Under the pieces are notes generated by a model that saw only the letters and a list, made by a program, of their open reading frames with translations, searched no databases and was not told the DNA's origin. From Oligoflexia bacterium (GTDB lineage Bacteria; Bdellovibrionota; UBA1018), in the NCBI GenBank assembly GCA_014376785.1, contig JACMQW010000014.1:9640-73639 (forward strand): a stretch of 64,000 nucleotides of DNA. The letters are read 5' to 3'. Positions 36,514 to 46,415 of the stretch are shown here, piece after piece (the first letter of the stretch is position 1; each line of letters starts with the position of its first letter). A program made the translations under genes and the position numbers.

Positions 36514-38935
36514 CGGTAGCCGCCGTCCATTTCTTCGCCATTTTCGCCAATCGTTCCTGCAGAGTCTCGGTACTCACCTTGCCTGCCATGCGCTCAAAAA
36601 CAAGCGAGAATGCAAAAGGGGAAAAACGCGGAGTTTTCAGCATGAGAATCTTTGCTCGGCGAATACGGTCCATGGCCCGCAGTAACCGGTCCCATTCGAA
36701 TTGGCGTTCAACGACTTCGGAACGTGATTGTTTGAAAAGCAGATTCTCGGGTTCGTATTTTTCGAGTACGTCGTAAATGAGCGACGAACTCACCTGCAGT
36801 TGGCGCGCGGTTTTTTCAGATCCAGGATACCCTTGAAAGATCATTCCCGATATCCGGGCGATTTCTCGAAAGTGCCGCTTTGAAAACTCGCCGATTTGGA
36901 TGCTCTGGACCAGATCGGGTAAAAGGTTCACTTCTGAAAAGAGCGCGTCCCCGTGCTCGGTGAAGAGCGTTTGAAAAGGATAATCGCGATCATCACTCAA
37001 CAATTCGATTCCGTAGTCGCTCATGGAAAGCCCGAAAGAACTTTTTTCGATTCTCCCTAGCCGATAAGCGAGTAGGCTCGCCAAGCCCTCATGCACGAGC
37101 CTCCCTTCAAAGGGAAAAATGAAACAATGCCCGCCTTCCCGAGATTGGCTGAATTCAAAAAGAATCTCGTTCTCATTCGGAAGGCCGGACTGAATTTTTT
37201 GGGTATCTAACAATGGCTCGAGCACGGCGCGCTCAGAGAGGGATAACCGTTCTAAATTTCCTTCTTTTACTTCGCTCAACAACGCGCGGAGTTCATGAGA
37301 GAGAGAATCTGAAATGGGTAACTTTCCGCCTAACCAACGTGCCGTAGTGGCAGGTTTTCCCCGAGAAGGCCTAGCGTAGGCCTTCATGTCTCTGATCATG
37401 ATGAATTCGAGCGTTCTCCCCGCAAAGAGAAACGTATCTCCCGACTTCATCCGCGAGAGGTAGCGCTCTTCAGCGACTCCGATCTTTTTTCGATTACTTA
37501 AATAAACGGTAATCAGTGCATCCGACACGATCGTGCCGATACTCATGCGATGAAAACGCGTAATCAGAGGAGAAGCGACACGGACTTTTCCATCGATGAT
37601 TTCAAGCTTCCGAAACTGCGGGTAGCTCGATAACGAGCCTCCAGACAAAAGGTGATTTAAGACCCAGTCGAATATTTCGCGGGAAAGTTCGGAGTAGGAC
37701 ACGGTATTTTTCACTTCTGAAAAGACCTCGTCCGGACTGAAGGGCTTCGCACATGCGAGGGTAACCAGGTGTTGTTCGAGAACATCCACCGCACCTCTTG
37801 GAGGCCGCCTCGACTCGACGAGATTTTTTTCGACTGCAGCGCGAACGGCGGCGATCTCGAGCACTTCTAAGGCTTGAGTCGGCACGAAGTGGATTTCAGA
37901 GGGTTCACCCGGTCGGTGGTTTGCGCGTCCCGCGCGTTGGAGAAGCCTCGAGATTCCCTTTGCCGAACCGATTTGAAACACTAGCTCCACTGGTCCGAAA
38001 TCTACGCCGAGATCCAGAGATGAGGTGCAGACCACCCACTTGATCGACCCATTCTTCAGCGACTCTTCGACAAACCACCGAGTTTTGGTGGCTAAGCTCG
38101 AGTGATGGAGCGCGATAGCTCCTGCCATTTCTGGCTTTGCTTCTAATATCGCTTGAAACCAGAGCTCGGCTTGGGAGCGCGTGTTTGTGAAAATCAGAGT
38201 GGACTTTTCTTGGTCTAGTTCCGAGAGAACCGAGGGAAGTAGCCTCATACCAAGGTGGCCAGTCCAAGGCACCGTGCGAGGATCACGCGGAATGAGCGTT
38301 TTAATCACGAGTGGCCGTGCGATTTTTTCCGAAACGATGTGGGGTTCGCGCGCGAGACCGACGGCGTAGCGTGCTGCCTCATCCAGATTCGCAAGCGTCC
38401 CCGACAGTGCCCACACTCGTGCATCGGGATTCATCGGCAGAATTCGACTGAGCGCAAGCTCGACTTGAATGCCGCGTTTCGATCCGAGGAGTTCATGCCA
38501 CTCATCGAGAATGACACATCGAAGGTGGGTGGTTTTTTCACGGAAGTCGGGCTTAGAGAGAAGGAGTGAGAGGGACTCGGGAGTAGTCAGGAGGATATCC
38601 GGGAGACGCTTTCTCTGCTTGGCCCGAGTCTTCGCTGGGGAATCCCCCGTCCTACTCTCGATAATGGCCGCCGGCGAAAGAGAAGAACAGACGTCAGTCA
38701 CAACTTTTTCAACATCTCGAATGACTGCGCGCAAGGGTGAGAGATAAAGAATCTGCAGTCCTTTTCCTGGACGGAGCTCTTTCAGTGGTCCACCGAATGC
38801 GGCCAATGTTTTTCCCGAACCAGTCGGGACATGAATGAGGCCGCTCTTTCCCGCGGCATAGGCTGCCCAAGTTTCACGTTGGAACTTGGCTGGCGTAAAT
38901 CCGCGAGCCGAAAACCACTCTTCAAGACTAGACAT
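36503..38935 (-). CDS. Ligase-associated DEXH-box helicase (Lhr-like)
   Basis: Walker A VPTGSGKT, a DEWH box (VILDEWHEL) and SF2 helicase C-terminal motifs. 810 aa. Overlaps the ligase gene. Confidence 0.85.
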   Translation of the reverse strand: MSSLEEWFSARGFTPAKFQRETWAAYAAGKSGLIHVPTGSGKTLAAFGGPLKELRPGKGLQILYLSPLRAVIRDVEKVVTDVCSSLSPAAIIESRTGDSPAKTRAKQRKRLPDILLTTPESLSLLLSKPDFREKTTHLRCVILDEWHELLGSKRGIQVELALSRILPMNPDARVWALSGTLANLDEAARYAVGLAREPHIVSEKIARPLVIKTLIPRDPRTVPWTGHLGMRLLPSVLSELDQEKSTLIFTNTRSQAELWFQAILEAKPEMAGAIALHHSSLATKTRWFVEESLKNGSIKWVVCTSSLDLGVDFGPVELVFQIGSAKGISRLLQRAGRANHRPGEPSEIHFVPTQALEVLEIAAVRAAVEKNLVESRRPPRGAVDVLEQHLVTLACAKPFSPDEVFSEVKNTVSYSELSREIFDWVLNHLLSGGSLSSYPQFRKLEIIDGKVRVASPLITRFHRMSIGTIVSDALITVYLSNRKKIGVAEERYLSRMKSGDTFLFAGRTLEFIMIRDMKAYARPSRGKPATTARWLGGKLPISDSLSHELRALLSEVKEGNLERLSLSERAVLEPLLDTQKIQSGLPNENEILFEFSQSREGGHCFIFPFEGRLVHEGLASLLAYRLGRIEKSSFGLSMSDYGIELLSDDRDYPFQTLFTEHGDALFSEVNLLPDLVQSIQIGEFSKRHFREIARISGMIFQGYPGSEKTARQLQVSSSLIYDVLEKYEPENLLFKQSRSEVVERQFEWDRLLRAMDRIRRAKILMLKTPRFSPFAFSLVFERMAGKVSTETLQERLAKMAKKWTAATGVG

Positions 38936-40577
38936 CGAGATTTGCCGATTTAAAGAGCGGAAGCTCTTCGCGCGAGACCGGCTCTATATCAGGTTTTAAG
39001 TAGAGTTCTCGGATGGCATCCAATCGGTCGATTTCGGAAACGGGTTTGTCCCGGCGCCAACGCAAAATACGGGGGAAACGGAGGGCAATTCCCGACTTGT
39101 GCCGAGGTGAATCCGCAATGCCTTCGAAACCCAATTCGAAAACTTGAATGGGCTCCACGCTCCGCACCGGTCCGAACCGCTCTTTCGTATGGGCTCGGAT
39201 CCACCGATCGAGCTCCATGATCTCTTTTTGGTCTAGTCCTGAGTAGGCTTTCGCTACCGGTACCAGCTCATCGTCTGCTCCCCGAAGCGCAAAGGTATAA
39301 TCGGTGAAAAGATTAGACCGCTTCCCATGCCCGGATTGGGCGTAGACCATCACGGCATCTAAGCTCATCGTATCGATTTTCCACTTCCACCAATCGCCTT
39401 TTTTTCGGCCGTGGAAGTAGGGAGAACTCTTCCGCTTCAAAATAAATCCCTCCACTCTTTTTTCGCGCGAGCCCGCCCGAGATGCCTTTGCGGAGGTCCA
39501 AGATTCTTCATTCTGGATTTCAGAAATTCCAAAAGCTGGAATGGAAGCCGTTAACTCCGGCATCAACTCTTCGAGAATTTTCCGACGCTCGGAAAAAGGA
39601 AGCTCCCTGAGATCGACACCATCTTTCTCCACGCAATCGTAAGCGATGAAACGAGCAGGCGCCTTTTTCAAATCAGCTTCGGTGACTTTTTTACGGGCGA
39701 TTCTCGTTTGCAAAAGAGCAAAGGCAGAAGGCTCCTTCGCGCCTGGCTTCCAAGCGAGAATTTCTCCGTCTAACACCAGGGATTCGAACTTTAGGCTTCT
39801 CGTCGCGAATTCCGGAAAGCGGTCACTGATCAGCTCTTCTCCCCGACTCCAGAGCGAAACCTTTTCATTCCGGTAAATCCACTGCCCCCGAATCCCATCC
39901 CACTTCCATTCAATCGCCCAGTCAGTGATCGGGCCGAGATCTTCGATTTCGCCATCGATCGGAGAAGCGAGTGCAAATGGATAGGGAGAGGAGAAATCGA
40001 GCGGATCGGCCCAGTCTTTCATCTTCAGGCGGCCGATAAATGAAGCATCGATCTTCAAATTACCCATCAGAACGTGTGCGATATTCGCTTCGGGAATCTC
40101 ATAAGCTTTTGCGAGTGCTTTAATCAAAATACCGCGTGAAACACCGACCCGCAGACTGCCGGTTAAGAGCTTAATAAGCACCATCACCGAAAACGAATCC
40201 CACTTCGAAAAAGCTTCGCGCAGGCCGCTTAAGGCCTCGTCTGCTCCGCGCAGGTGAGTCTTTATCCACTCGGGCACCGAGCCGGTAAAAGGCGGCGCAT
40301 CGGGAACTGCATTAATCAGAGCCATCGTCTCGGCAAGGTCACCGGTGGAAGAATAGGCTTCGGCAAAAAGCCACTCCGGAATCCGCGCCTGATCCAGTGC
40401 GAGTGCTTTCAATTCCGCCGACTTCGCCTTCTTCGGTGGCAGCTGGCCGAGGATGAGCCGCATAGCGAGCGCCGTTTCCTCGACATCGGCATTGAGAAAG
40501 TGTTCCCTCAGGGCCTCGATCTTATCTAAAGTCGAGTTTGAAGAATCGAGTTTTCGGTAAAGGCTTACAAAGTTCAC
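38928..40577 (-). CDS. ATP-dependent DNA ligase
   Basis: Adenylation motif I EWKWDGIRGQ (K-x-DG-x-R) and an N-terminal VNFVSLYRKLDSSNSTLDKIEAL, typical of bacterial ATP-dependent ligases. GTG start at 40577 forms GTGA with the exonuclease stop. The ORF track's longer start at 40844 would overlap the exonuclease by 270 bp. Confidence 0.85.
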   Translation of the reverse strand: MNFVSLYRKLDSSNSTLDKIEALREHFLNADVEETALAMRLILGQLPPKKAKSAELKALALDQARIPEWLFAEAYSSTGDLAETMALINAVPDAPPFTGSVPEWIKTHLRGADEALSGLREAFSKWDSFSVMVLIKLLTGSLRVGVSRGILIKALAKAYEIPEANIAHVLMGNLKIDASFIGRLKMKDWADPLDFSSPYPFALASPIDGEIEDLGPITDWAIEWKWDGIRGQWIYRNEKVSLWSRGEELISDRFPEFATRSLKFESLVLDGEILAWKPGAKEPSAFALLQTRIARKKVTEADLKKAPARFIAYDCVEKDGVDLRELPFSERRKILEELMPELTASIPAFGISEIQNEESWTSAKASRAGSREKRVEGFILKRKSSPYFHGRKKGDWWKWKIDTMSLDAVMVYAQSGHGKRSNLFTDYTFALRGADDELVPVAKAYSGLDQKEIMELDRWIRAHTKERFGPVRSVEPIQVFELGFEGIADSPRHKSGIALRFPRILRWRRDKPVSEIDRLDAIRELYLKPDIEPVSREELPLFKSANLDV

Positions 40578-41611
40578 TCGTCTTCCTCTCCGAACTGGGT
40601 CTCGAACGTGATTCCTTCTTTGCCCATCTCTTCCCGCACGTAACGGGCGAGGATATCTGAACTTCCGTGAGTCGCGATGATGCGTTTTGCTTTCGTTTCC
40701 TCGATGGTGCGCAAAAGCGATGGCCAGTCTGCATGATCCGAAACGATAAACCCACGGTCGTAAGCTTTTCGCCGACGATTCCCGCGAATTTGCATCCATC
40801 CCGAGGCAAAACCAACTTCGTAAGGTTCGAACCTCCGAGTCCACGTCGATCCCGAAGCGGATGGGGGCGCAATGATCAATGCCCCTTTTAATTTTTCTTT
40901 CTTGTCCAGCTCGCTCACCGGAATGGTGGGGGCCATGGATACGCCTTCATCTCGGTAAACCTGCACGAGACGTGTTGCGGAACCGTGCAAGTGCACCGGC
41001 TCGTTCGTAAAGCGCATCAGCTCGGCAAGCACCCGTTGCACTTTTCCGAGCGAGTAAGCGCAGAGGATACTGTTCTGACCGCGGGCTCGGTTCTGCATCC
41101 ACCAATCGTGAATTTCTCGAACGACATTCTCAATTGGCGGCCAGTGGTAAACCGGAGACGCAAAGGTTGCTTCGGTCACGAACGTGTCACACTCGACGAC
41201 TTCGAAAGGTGCGCAAGTGGGATCCGGATCGCGTTTGTAGTCTCCACTGACTACCCAAACCTGCCCGGCGTGAGCGATGCGGACTTGGGCCGAACCTAAA
41301 ATGTGTCCCGCAGGATGGAGAGAAACCTCAGTTTCTCCGAGCCGAATCACTTTTCCGTAAGCAAGCGTCGTGATGGGCGTCTCTTCACCCATGCGAGTTT
41401 TTAAAATTCCAAGGGAGGAGCGGCTCGCGTAGTAATGCTGGCTGCCGATGTGAGCGTGGTCCCCGTGTCCATGAGTAATGATCCCTGTTTCGACCGAACC
41501 CCACGGATCGATGTAGAATCCTCCCGCTTCACAATAGAGGCCGTCTTTCGCTAGAACGACGAGTTCTGATTGGTTTGGTTTCGCCTCCTCGGGCATCTGG
41601 ATTTCCCCCAT
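40574..41611 (-). CDS. Ligase-associated metallo-beta-lactamase-fold exonuclease
   Basis: HGHGDHAH (the HxHxDH MBL motif) and a beta-CASP-like C-terminus. 345 aa. First gene of the four-gene unit. Confidence 0.8.
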   Translation of the reverse strand: MGEIQMPEEAKPNQSELVVLAKDGLYCEAGGFYIDPWGSVETGIITHGHGDHAHIGSQHYYASRSSLGILKTRMGEETPITTLAYGKVIRLGETEVSLHPAGHILGSAQVRIAHAGQVWVVSGDYKRDPDPTCAPFEVVECDTFVTEATFASPVYHWPPIENVVREIHDWWMQNRARGQNSILCAYSLGKVQRVLAELMRFTNEPVHLHGSATRLVQVYRDEGVSMAPTIPVSELDKKEKLKGALIIAPPSASGSTWTRRFEPYEVGFASGWMQIRGNRRRKAYDRGFIVSDHADWPSLLRTIEETKAKRIIATHGSSDILARYVREEMGKEGITFETQFGEEDE

Positions 41612-41656
41612 AGAGCACAGAGAGCAAGAGCTGCGCCCAGGCAGGGCGACCCTCGG

Positions 41657-43993
41657 TTAACCAGTTGTTAACATTCCACTGGCGATTCCGGTCACGGAGA
41701 TTCGAACGAGTGGAAGGTCTTCATCTTTCTGAGCCAGAATTTCGAGAATATTTAAGGGGTGGATGAGCGACGCACGAAGTTCGATGCTTTTGCCGAGCCA
41801 AGGCCGAAACCACGTCGGATTCGTCTCCCCGGTGATCGCCCGAAAACAATTCAAGGTATCTCTCAGCTCGGCCCTAAACAGCGCTTTGAAATAGTCGATT
41901 TCTGTTCGATCGATTCCCGAAGTTTCCAGATACAGCTCCCAGACCGGAAGCTCGATTTTGGCGAGCGTGAATCCGAGCGCATTCACATAGGTTCGGAAGA
42001 GGGGATCCCGGATAAACTCCCCTTTCAGCGTCTTCTGCTGCGCCTTCGACATAGACTTCCAAACACTCCCCATTCCCCACCACGTCTGGAAAAGCACTCG
42101 CGTCTGCGTCCAGCAAAGAACCCAGGGAATCGCACGAAGAGCCGGCACCGAGAGGGCTCCGGGACGCTTCGAAGGGCGCGAACCGATTTTCAGCACGTTC
42201 AAATACCGATAAGGGGTAGCCTTTTCCACCATACTCAGAAATCGGGGCGATGCGATCGTCGCTCGGTAGTGAGCCGCAACTTGTTCAGCGAAATCTTCTA
42301 ATACGGGCGAACGAACCACCGTCGGTAATTTCTTTCGACCTGCTGAGTGTCCGCCTTCCGCAATTTTTCGAAACCTGCTTTCCAAAATTTCCGGACTGGA
42401 GAAACTTCGCTCGATCATTTCGCCTTGAATCGTGGCTTTATAATTTCTCAGCGCACTTTCCGGCCAAGCTGAAATTTGATCGTTTATCGCTCCACCACCG
42501 CGGTCAATGCTTCCTCCTGAACCGTGAAAGAAGAGAGGTTGAATTTTTTTCTTCCGACAAATCGCGTCCAAGCTGTTCATCGCATCGGTCACGGCCAGAC
42601 GACTTTTTAGAACCCCCGATTCTTTCGAGGAGTCTGAATAGCCAAGCATGATTTGAAGCTTACCCTGCCAAGGTCCCCGAATCGCTTTCTTCAAAAGCGG
42701 ATCATCCGCAATTTCTGAAATAATCGCGGGACTATTTTTGAGCGCCTCGGCCTGTTCAAAAAGCGGCACCACGGGAATGCGTAAATCTCCGACGATGCGT
42801 TTCACTAACTTCGCAGTCGTGCGGATGTGCAAGGCGCTTTCGGTCATGCTGATGATCATGCCTCTCGCATACCAGGTGGGATCTCCGCCGCGAGAAAACC
42901 GCTCCAACGCATGGAGCATTCTGCCAATCGCAAGCGTCTTACCCGTCGGGTCCGACATGATCAGGGCGGAATCTTCACGAAGCTCAAGCGGAACGACGAG
43001 TCCAGGGAAAGCTTTCAGAAGGCTCTGAAGATTCACCAAAGCGTCGGGAAGGTGCCCGAGGACCTTCGAATGAATCGCGAAAGTCGCATCCAGAGAAGAT
43101 TTCAAGTGCTCGACCCGAGCGCCATCACCCGTGGAGATTTTACGCACAGACATCAAGGTCTTCCGAAGGGGTTTCTCAGATTCTTCGATTTCTTTCGAAG
43201 CGAAGAGTTCAGTCAGTGCCCGGGCGCGATCGAGTTGGAGGTCGACGTAGCGAAGGAGAAACTTGCGCGAAAGCTGGAGACTTTCGCCAAGGGTCTTTTC
43301 ATTCACACCGGGGTGACCGTCTTTGTCCCCTCCAACCCAGCTTCTTAAATAAACCGGCACGACTTCACGACCGAATTTCAACAGGGCGGAAAGGTTTTCT
43401 TCCCGAAGCACAATCGAATAGATGTGTTCCGCTTCGTCAGAAACCTTAGGACTCCGGTAGCGAACGATCCGAACTTTCCAGGCCACCGCTAAAAGCGTTT
43501 CCAATTGCGTGGAAACGGATTCGAATCCCTGCTCGAGGGCAACCAACAGGATTTTTTGGATTTCATGAAAAATCGCGATGTTATCTGGAGAACGTGCCTC
43601 CGTCGGATGGGCAGTGACAACGTAGAATATCCCCTCCGCGAAAGGCTTCACTTTCTCAGCAGGCTTCGCCCTCAGTCGGAAGGTTCGGTAGGCTCCCTCA
43701 CAGGCATTCATCACTTCAAACATCAACGTGTAGGCGCGAGCGAAATCACGCCGTTCTTCGGCATCGAGCTTTTCAAGTTCGGAATAAGTCCGCATCAGCT
43801 CGCTTGCGGCGACCGCATGACTTCCCGTTCTTATGGCCGCCATGCGGGCGCGAACCCGTTCAATCTGTTCGTAGTGTTTCGCCCCGATTTCTCTTTTTAA
43901 AACGACACCAAAAAGAGCGACCGAATCCTTGACGACTTTCCGCAGAGGTTCCGGTAACGTGGCGGACCCTTCAGAAACAGATTTCTTTTTCAT
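41657..43993 (-). CDS. ppc: Phosphoenolpyruvate carboxylase
   Basis: VMLGYSDSSKESGVL active-site motif and a C-terminal ...ASGMLTTG (the PEPC NTG-type ending). 778 aa. Confidence 0.85.
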   Translation of the reverse strand: MKKKSVSEGSATLPEPLRKVVKDSVALFGVVLKREIGAKHYEQIERVRARMAAIRTGSHAVAASELMRTYSELEKLDAEERRDFARAYTLMFEVMNACEGAYRTFRLRAKPAEKVKPFAEGIFYVVTAHPTEARSPDNIAIFHEIQKILLVALEQGFESVSTQLETLLAVAWKVRIVRYRSPKVSDEAEHIYSIVLREENLSALLKFGREVVPVYLRSWVGGDKDGHPGVNEKTLGESLQLSRKFLLRYVDLQLDRARALTELFASKEIEESEKPLRKTLMSVRKISTGDGARVEHLKSSLDATFAIHSKVLGHLPDALVNLQSLLKAFPGLVVPLELREDSALIMSDPTGKTLAIGRMLHALERFSRGGDPTWYARGMIISMTESALHIRTTAKLVKRIVGDLRIPVVPLFEQAEALKNSPAIISEIADDPLLKKAIRGPWQGKLQIMLGYSDSSKESGVLKSRLAVTDAMNSLDAICRKKKIQPLFFHGSGGSIDRGGGAINDQISAWPESALRNYKATIQGEMIERSFSSPEILESRFRKIAEGGHSAGRKKLPTVVRSPVLEDFAEQVAAHYRATIASPRFLSMVEKATPYRYLNVLKIGSRPSKRPGALSVPALRAIPWVLCWTQTRVLFQTWWGMGSVWKSMSKAQQKTLKGEFIRDPLFRTYVNALGFTLAKIELPVWELYLETSGIDRTEIDYFKALFRAELRDTLNCFRAITGETNPTWFRPWLGKSIELRASLIHPLNILEILAQKDEDLPLVRISVTGIASGMLTTG

Positions 43994-44257
43994 CTAAACT
44001 TCCGCTTGAAATGCCGAAGTTGGGATGACCCGCTCCGGACCGCGGAGGGCGGAAAGATCGAAAAGCGGACCGAGCTTCTCTTGGAAATGGAGTAAGGCGT
44101 ACTCCCGGTGGTGATGCGCCTCATGGTCCGAAGGACTTTCGAAACGGTAAACTTCAGAACCCATTAAGTATTGATAAACGACTTCATCTTGTTCCATGGC
44201 GCGAATCTCCTCTTTTAATTTTAAAACTTTGCTGCGTTTTCTAAGTGACTCTTTCAA
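43994..44257 (-). CDS. Small hypothetical protein (87 aa) between recQ and ppc
   Basis: ORF only. It abuts ppc and overlaps the recQ stop by 4 bp. No motif. Confidence 0.3.
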   Translation of the reverse strand: MKESLRKRSKVLKLKEEIRAMEQDEVVYQYLMGSEVYRFESPSDHEAHHHREYALLHFQEKLGPLFDLSALRGPERVIPTSAFQAEV

Positions 44258-46374
44258 AGGCGTTGGCTGGTCATTTTTAAAAGGTCTTCCCCATACTGCT
44301 GGACGAGCTTCGGTCCAAGTCCCGGAACGTTCAGAAGGGCTTGTTCATTAGACGGCAAGTCTTCACAAAGAGACAAAAGCACGCGGTCGCTCAGGATCCG
44401 GAAAGCAGGAACTCCCCGTTTCCGAGCCTCGGCGAGTCTCCATGCACGGAGGTCCTCGAAAAGTTTCGGTGTGACTGCGGATTCTTCCATCGGAACTCGG
44501 TAAGCAGGGCTTGATTTGCCGACTTTCCGTTTCGCTTTTTTCAGAACGCGGCCCGAATCATCGGAGCGAGGCCCTTCGATTTCGAGAGAGGCCAGATTCG
44601 CCGCTTTCGCTTTCTTCCCTGCCGATAAAAGCTGAACTCGCCGAAACGAAATGATTTTTCCGTCTTTTTCGAATTCCGATTGCGCAAGCTCGACATACCT
44701 TGCGCGCGAGAGTGCTGAGAGGATGCGCTCAAATGCGGAGCGACTCATCTTCGGCGTAATCTTCAGCGCTTCATCGAAGAGTCTGCCAACGGCTTGAGCA
44801 TCGCGTCCCTCGAGGCTCGCGAGAATGAGGCTCGCGGTGGTTCTCTCGACCTCGTCCATTTCCCGCACTTCACTGGAGGGAGCGCATCGATCGCAGATCC
44901 CGCAGACCACCGAAGAATCGGTCGTGTCGCCGAAGTGGCGAATGAGTTCGAGCATTCGGCAAGAATCCGTCGAAGTATAGGCTTGCATCGAATCGAGCTG
45001 GCCGATTCGAGACTTCCGCTGTCCTTCGTAGGATTTTTTCCAAGTCTGATAACCAGGACCGGCGGCGATATTTTCATCCGCATCGACGAGGAGAGCCCCA
45101 TGGAGCCAGAGCTTTTCGATCGCCTTCTGGAATGCCTCCGGGTCGATGTCGGAAACCTTCGAGACGAGGCTATCGCGGTAAATCGATCCTTCCGCAGGCA
45201 CACCCTTCATCATTTTTTCAAGAACGGGCGTGGGTGGAAAATCGCGTTCGAGAAAAAACTCGTGGGTCTTTCGATCCGAGAACGAATGAAGAAGGAGCGC
45301 CTCGGAAGGGAGTCCGTCTCGACCGGCGCGCCCGATTTCTTGGTAGTAGCCTTCGACACTGGCGGGAAGGGCCGCATGCGCGACCGTGCGAACATTCGGT
45401 TTATCGATTCCCATTCCGAAAGCAACCGTTGCCACGATCACGTCGAGCTCATCATTCAGAAATGCCAGCTGAACCGATTCGCGGTCAGGCGCCATCATTC
45501 CCGCGTGATAAGCTCGGGCACGAAATTTTTTCGCGAGTCGAGTCGCAATTTCTTCCGCTTTTTTCCGTGTCGGCGCATAGACGATGGCGGGAATGCGGTC
45601 CGGGGCGGAGAGCAGTTCTAAAATTCGATCGGGCCGCTCCGAAGGAAGCGACTCCACTAATTTCACTGCGAGATTCGCGCGTCGAAACCCGTGAATGAAA
45701 AGTTTTGGATCTCGGAGTCGGAGCTGAGTGCAAATGTCTTTTTGGACGAGGGCCGTTGCCGTCGCGGTCAGCGCAACGATCGGAGTGCCTTCCAAACCCT
45801 GCAATCGCTCGCCTACCAGCCGATAGTCAGGGCGAAAATCATGACCCCACTGACTGATGCAGTGGGCTTCATCGACGGCGATGAGGGTCGGAGGATTTTT
45901 CCGAATCATGTCGGCGAAACCTGGAACCGCTAGTCGCTCCGGAGCGATGAAAAGAAATTCCAGTTCGTTTCGGAGGTACGCGCGGAAGGTTTCCCTCGAT
46001 TCTTCTCTAGAGCGACCCGAATGGATGCGGCCGGCTTTCACACCTTTCCCGATCAGCCGATGCACCTGATCTTCGATGAGCGCGACGAGCGGACTGATCA
46101 CGAGAGTCGCCCCCCCGCGGGCGAGACCCGGAATCTGGTAACAGAGACTTTTTCCTGCGCCTGTGGGCATGACGACGAGTGCATCGTGGCCGTCTGCTAC
46201 AGCTTGGCAAATCGCCTCTTGCTGAGGACGGAAGTGATCGAAACCGAAGCGAAGTTTGAGGATTTCTTGAATCACGGTGTGGGCATGACTATAGGCGGAC
46301 GGAACCAAAGCATGCAAGGCGACGTTCTTTGAAGAGTGATTTGAAGAGTGATTTGAAATAGCGCATTCCGTCAT
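44254..46374 (-). CDS. recQ: ATP-dependent DNA helicase RecQ
   Basis: FGFDHFRPQQEAI...VVMPTGAGKSLCYQIP, DEAHCISQWGHDFR, a zinc-binding region and a C-terminal HRDC-like segment. 706 aa. Confidence 0.9.
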   Translation of the reverse strand: MTECAISNHSSNHSSKNVALHALVPSAYSHAHTVIQEILKLRFGFDHFRPQQEAICQAVADGHDALVVMPTGAGKSLCYQIPGLARGGATLVISPLVALIEDQVHRLIGKGVKAGRIHSGRSREESRETFRAYLRNELEFLFIAPERLAVPGFADMIRKNPPTLIAVDEAHCISQWGHDFRPDYRLVGERLQGLEGTPIVALTATATALVQKDICTQLRLRDPKLFIHGFRRANLAVKLVESLPSERPDRILELLSAPDRIPAIVYAPTRKKAEEIATRLAKKFRARAYHAGMMAPDRESVQLAFLNDELDVIVATVAFGMGIDKPNVRTVAHAALPASVEGYYQEIGRAGRDGLPSEALLLHSFSDRKTHEFFLERDFPPTPVLEKMMKGVPAEGSIYRDSLVSKVSDIDPEAFQKAIEKLWLHGALLVDADENIAAGPGYQTWKKSYEGQRKSRIGQLDSMQAYTSTDSCRMLELIRHFGDTTDSSVVCGICDRCAPSSEVREMDEVERTTASLILASLEGRDAQAVGRLFDEALKITPKMSRSAFERILSALSRARYVELAQSEFEKDGKIISFRRVQLLSAGKKAKAANLASLEIEGPRSDDSGRVLKKAKRKVGKSSPAYRVPMEESAVTPKLFEDLRAWRLAEARKRGVPAFRILSDRVLLSLCEDLPSNEQALLNVPGLGPKLVQQYGEDLLKMTSQRL

Positions 46375-46415
46375 TAGCAGTCCCTCATCAATCAGGGATG
46401 CAATGACCGTACGCT

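Noticed and set aside
40578-40844. Extended N-terminus of the DNA ligase ORF (ORF-track start 40844)
   Set aside because: The extension would overlap the exonuclease gene by 270 bp and encodes an Arg/His-rich low-complexity peptide. The conserved ligase N-terminus starts at a GTG that forms a GTGA overlap with the exonuclease stop.
44794-45698. Two ORFs of 275 and 188 aa antisense to recQ
   Set aside because: Both lie within the RecQ helicase core on the opposite strand, and both have an Arg-rich shadow composition.
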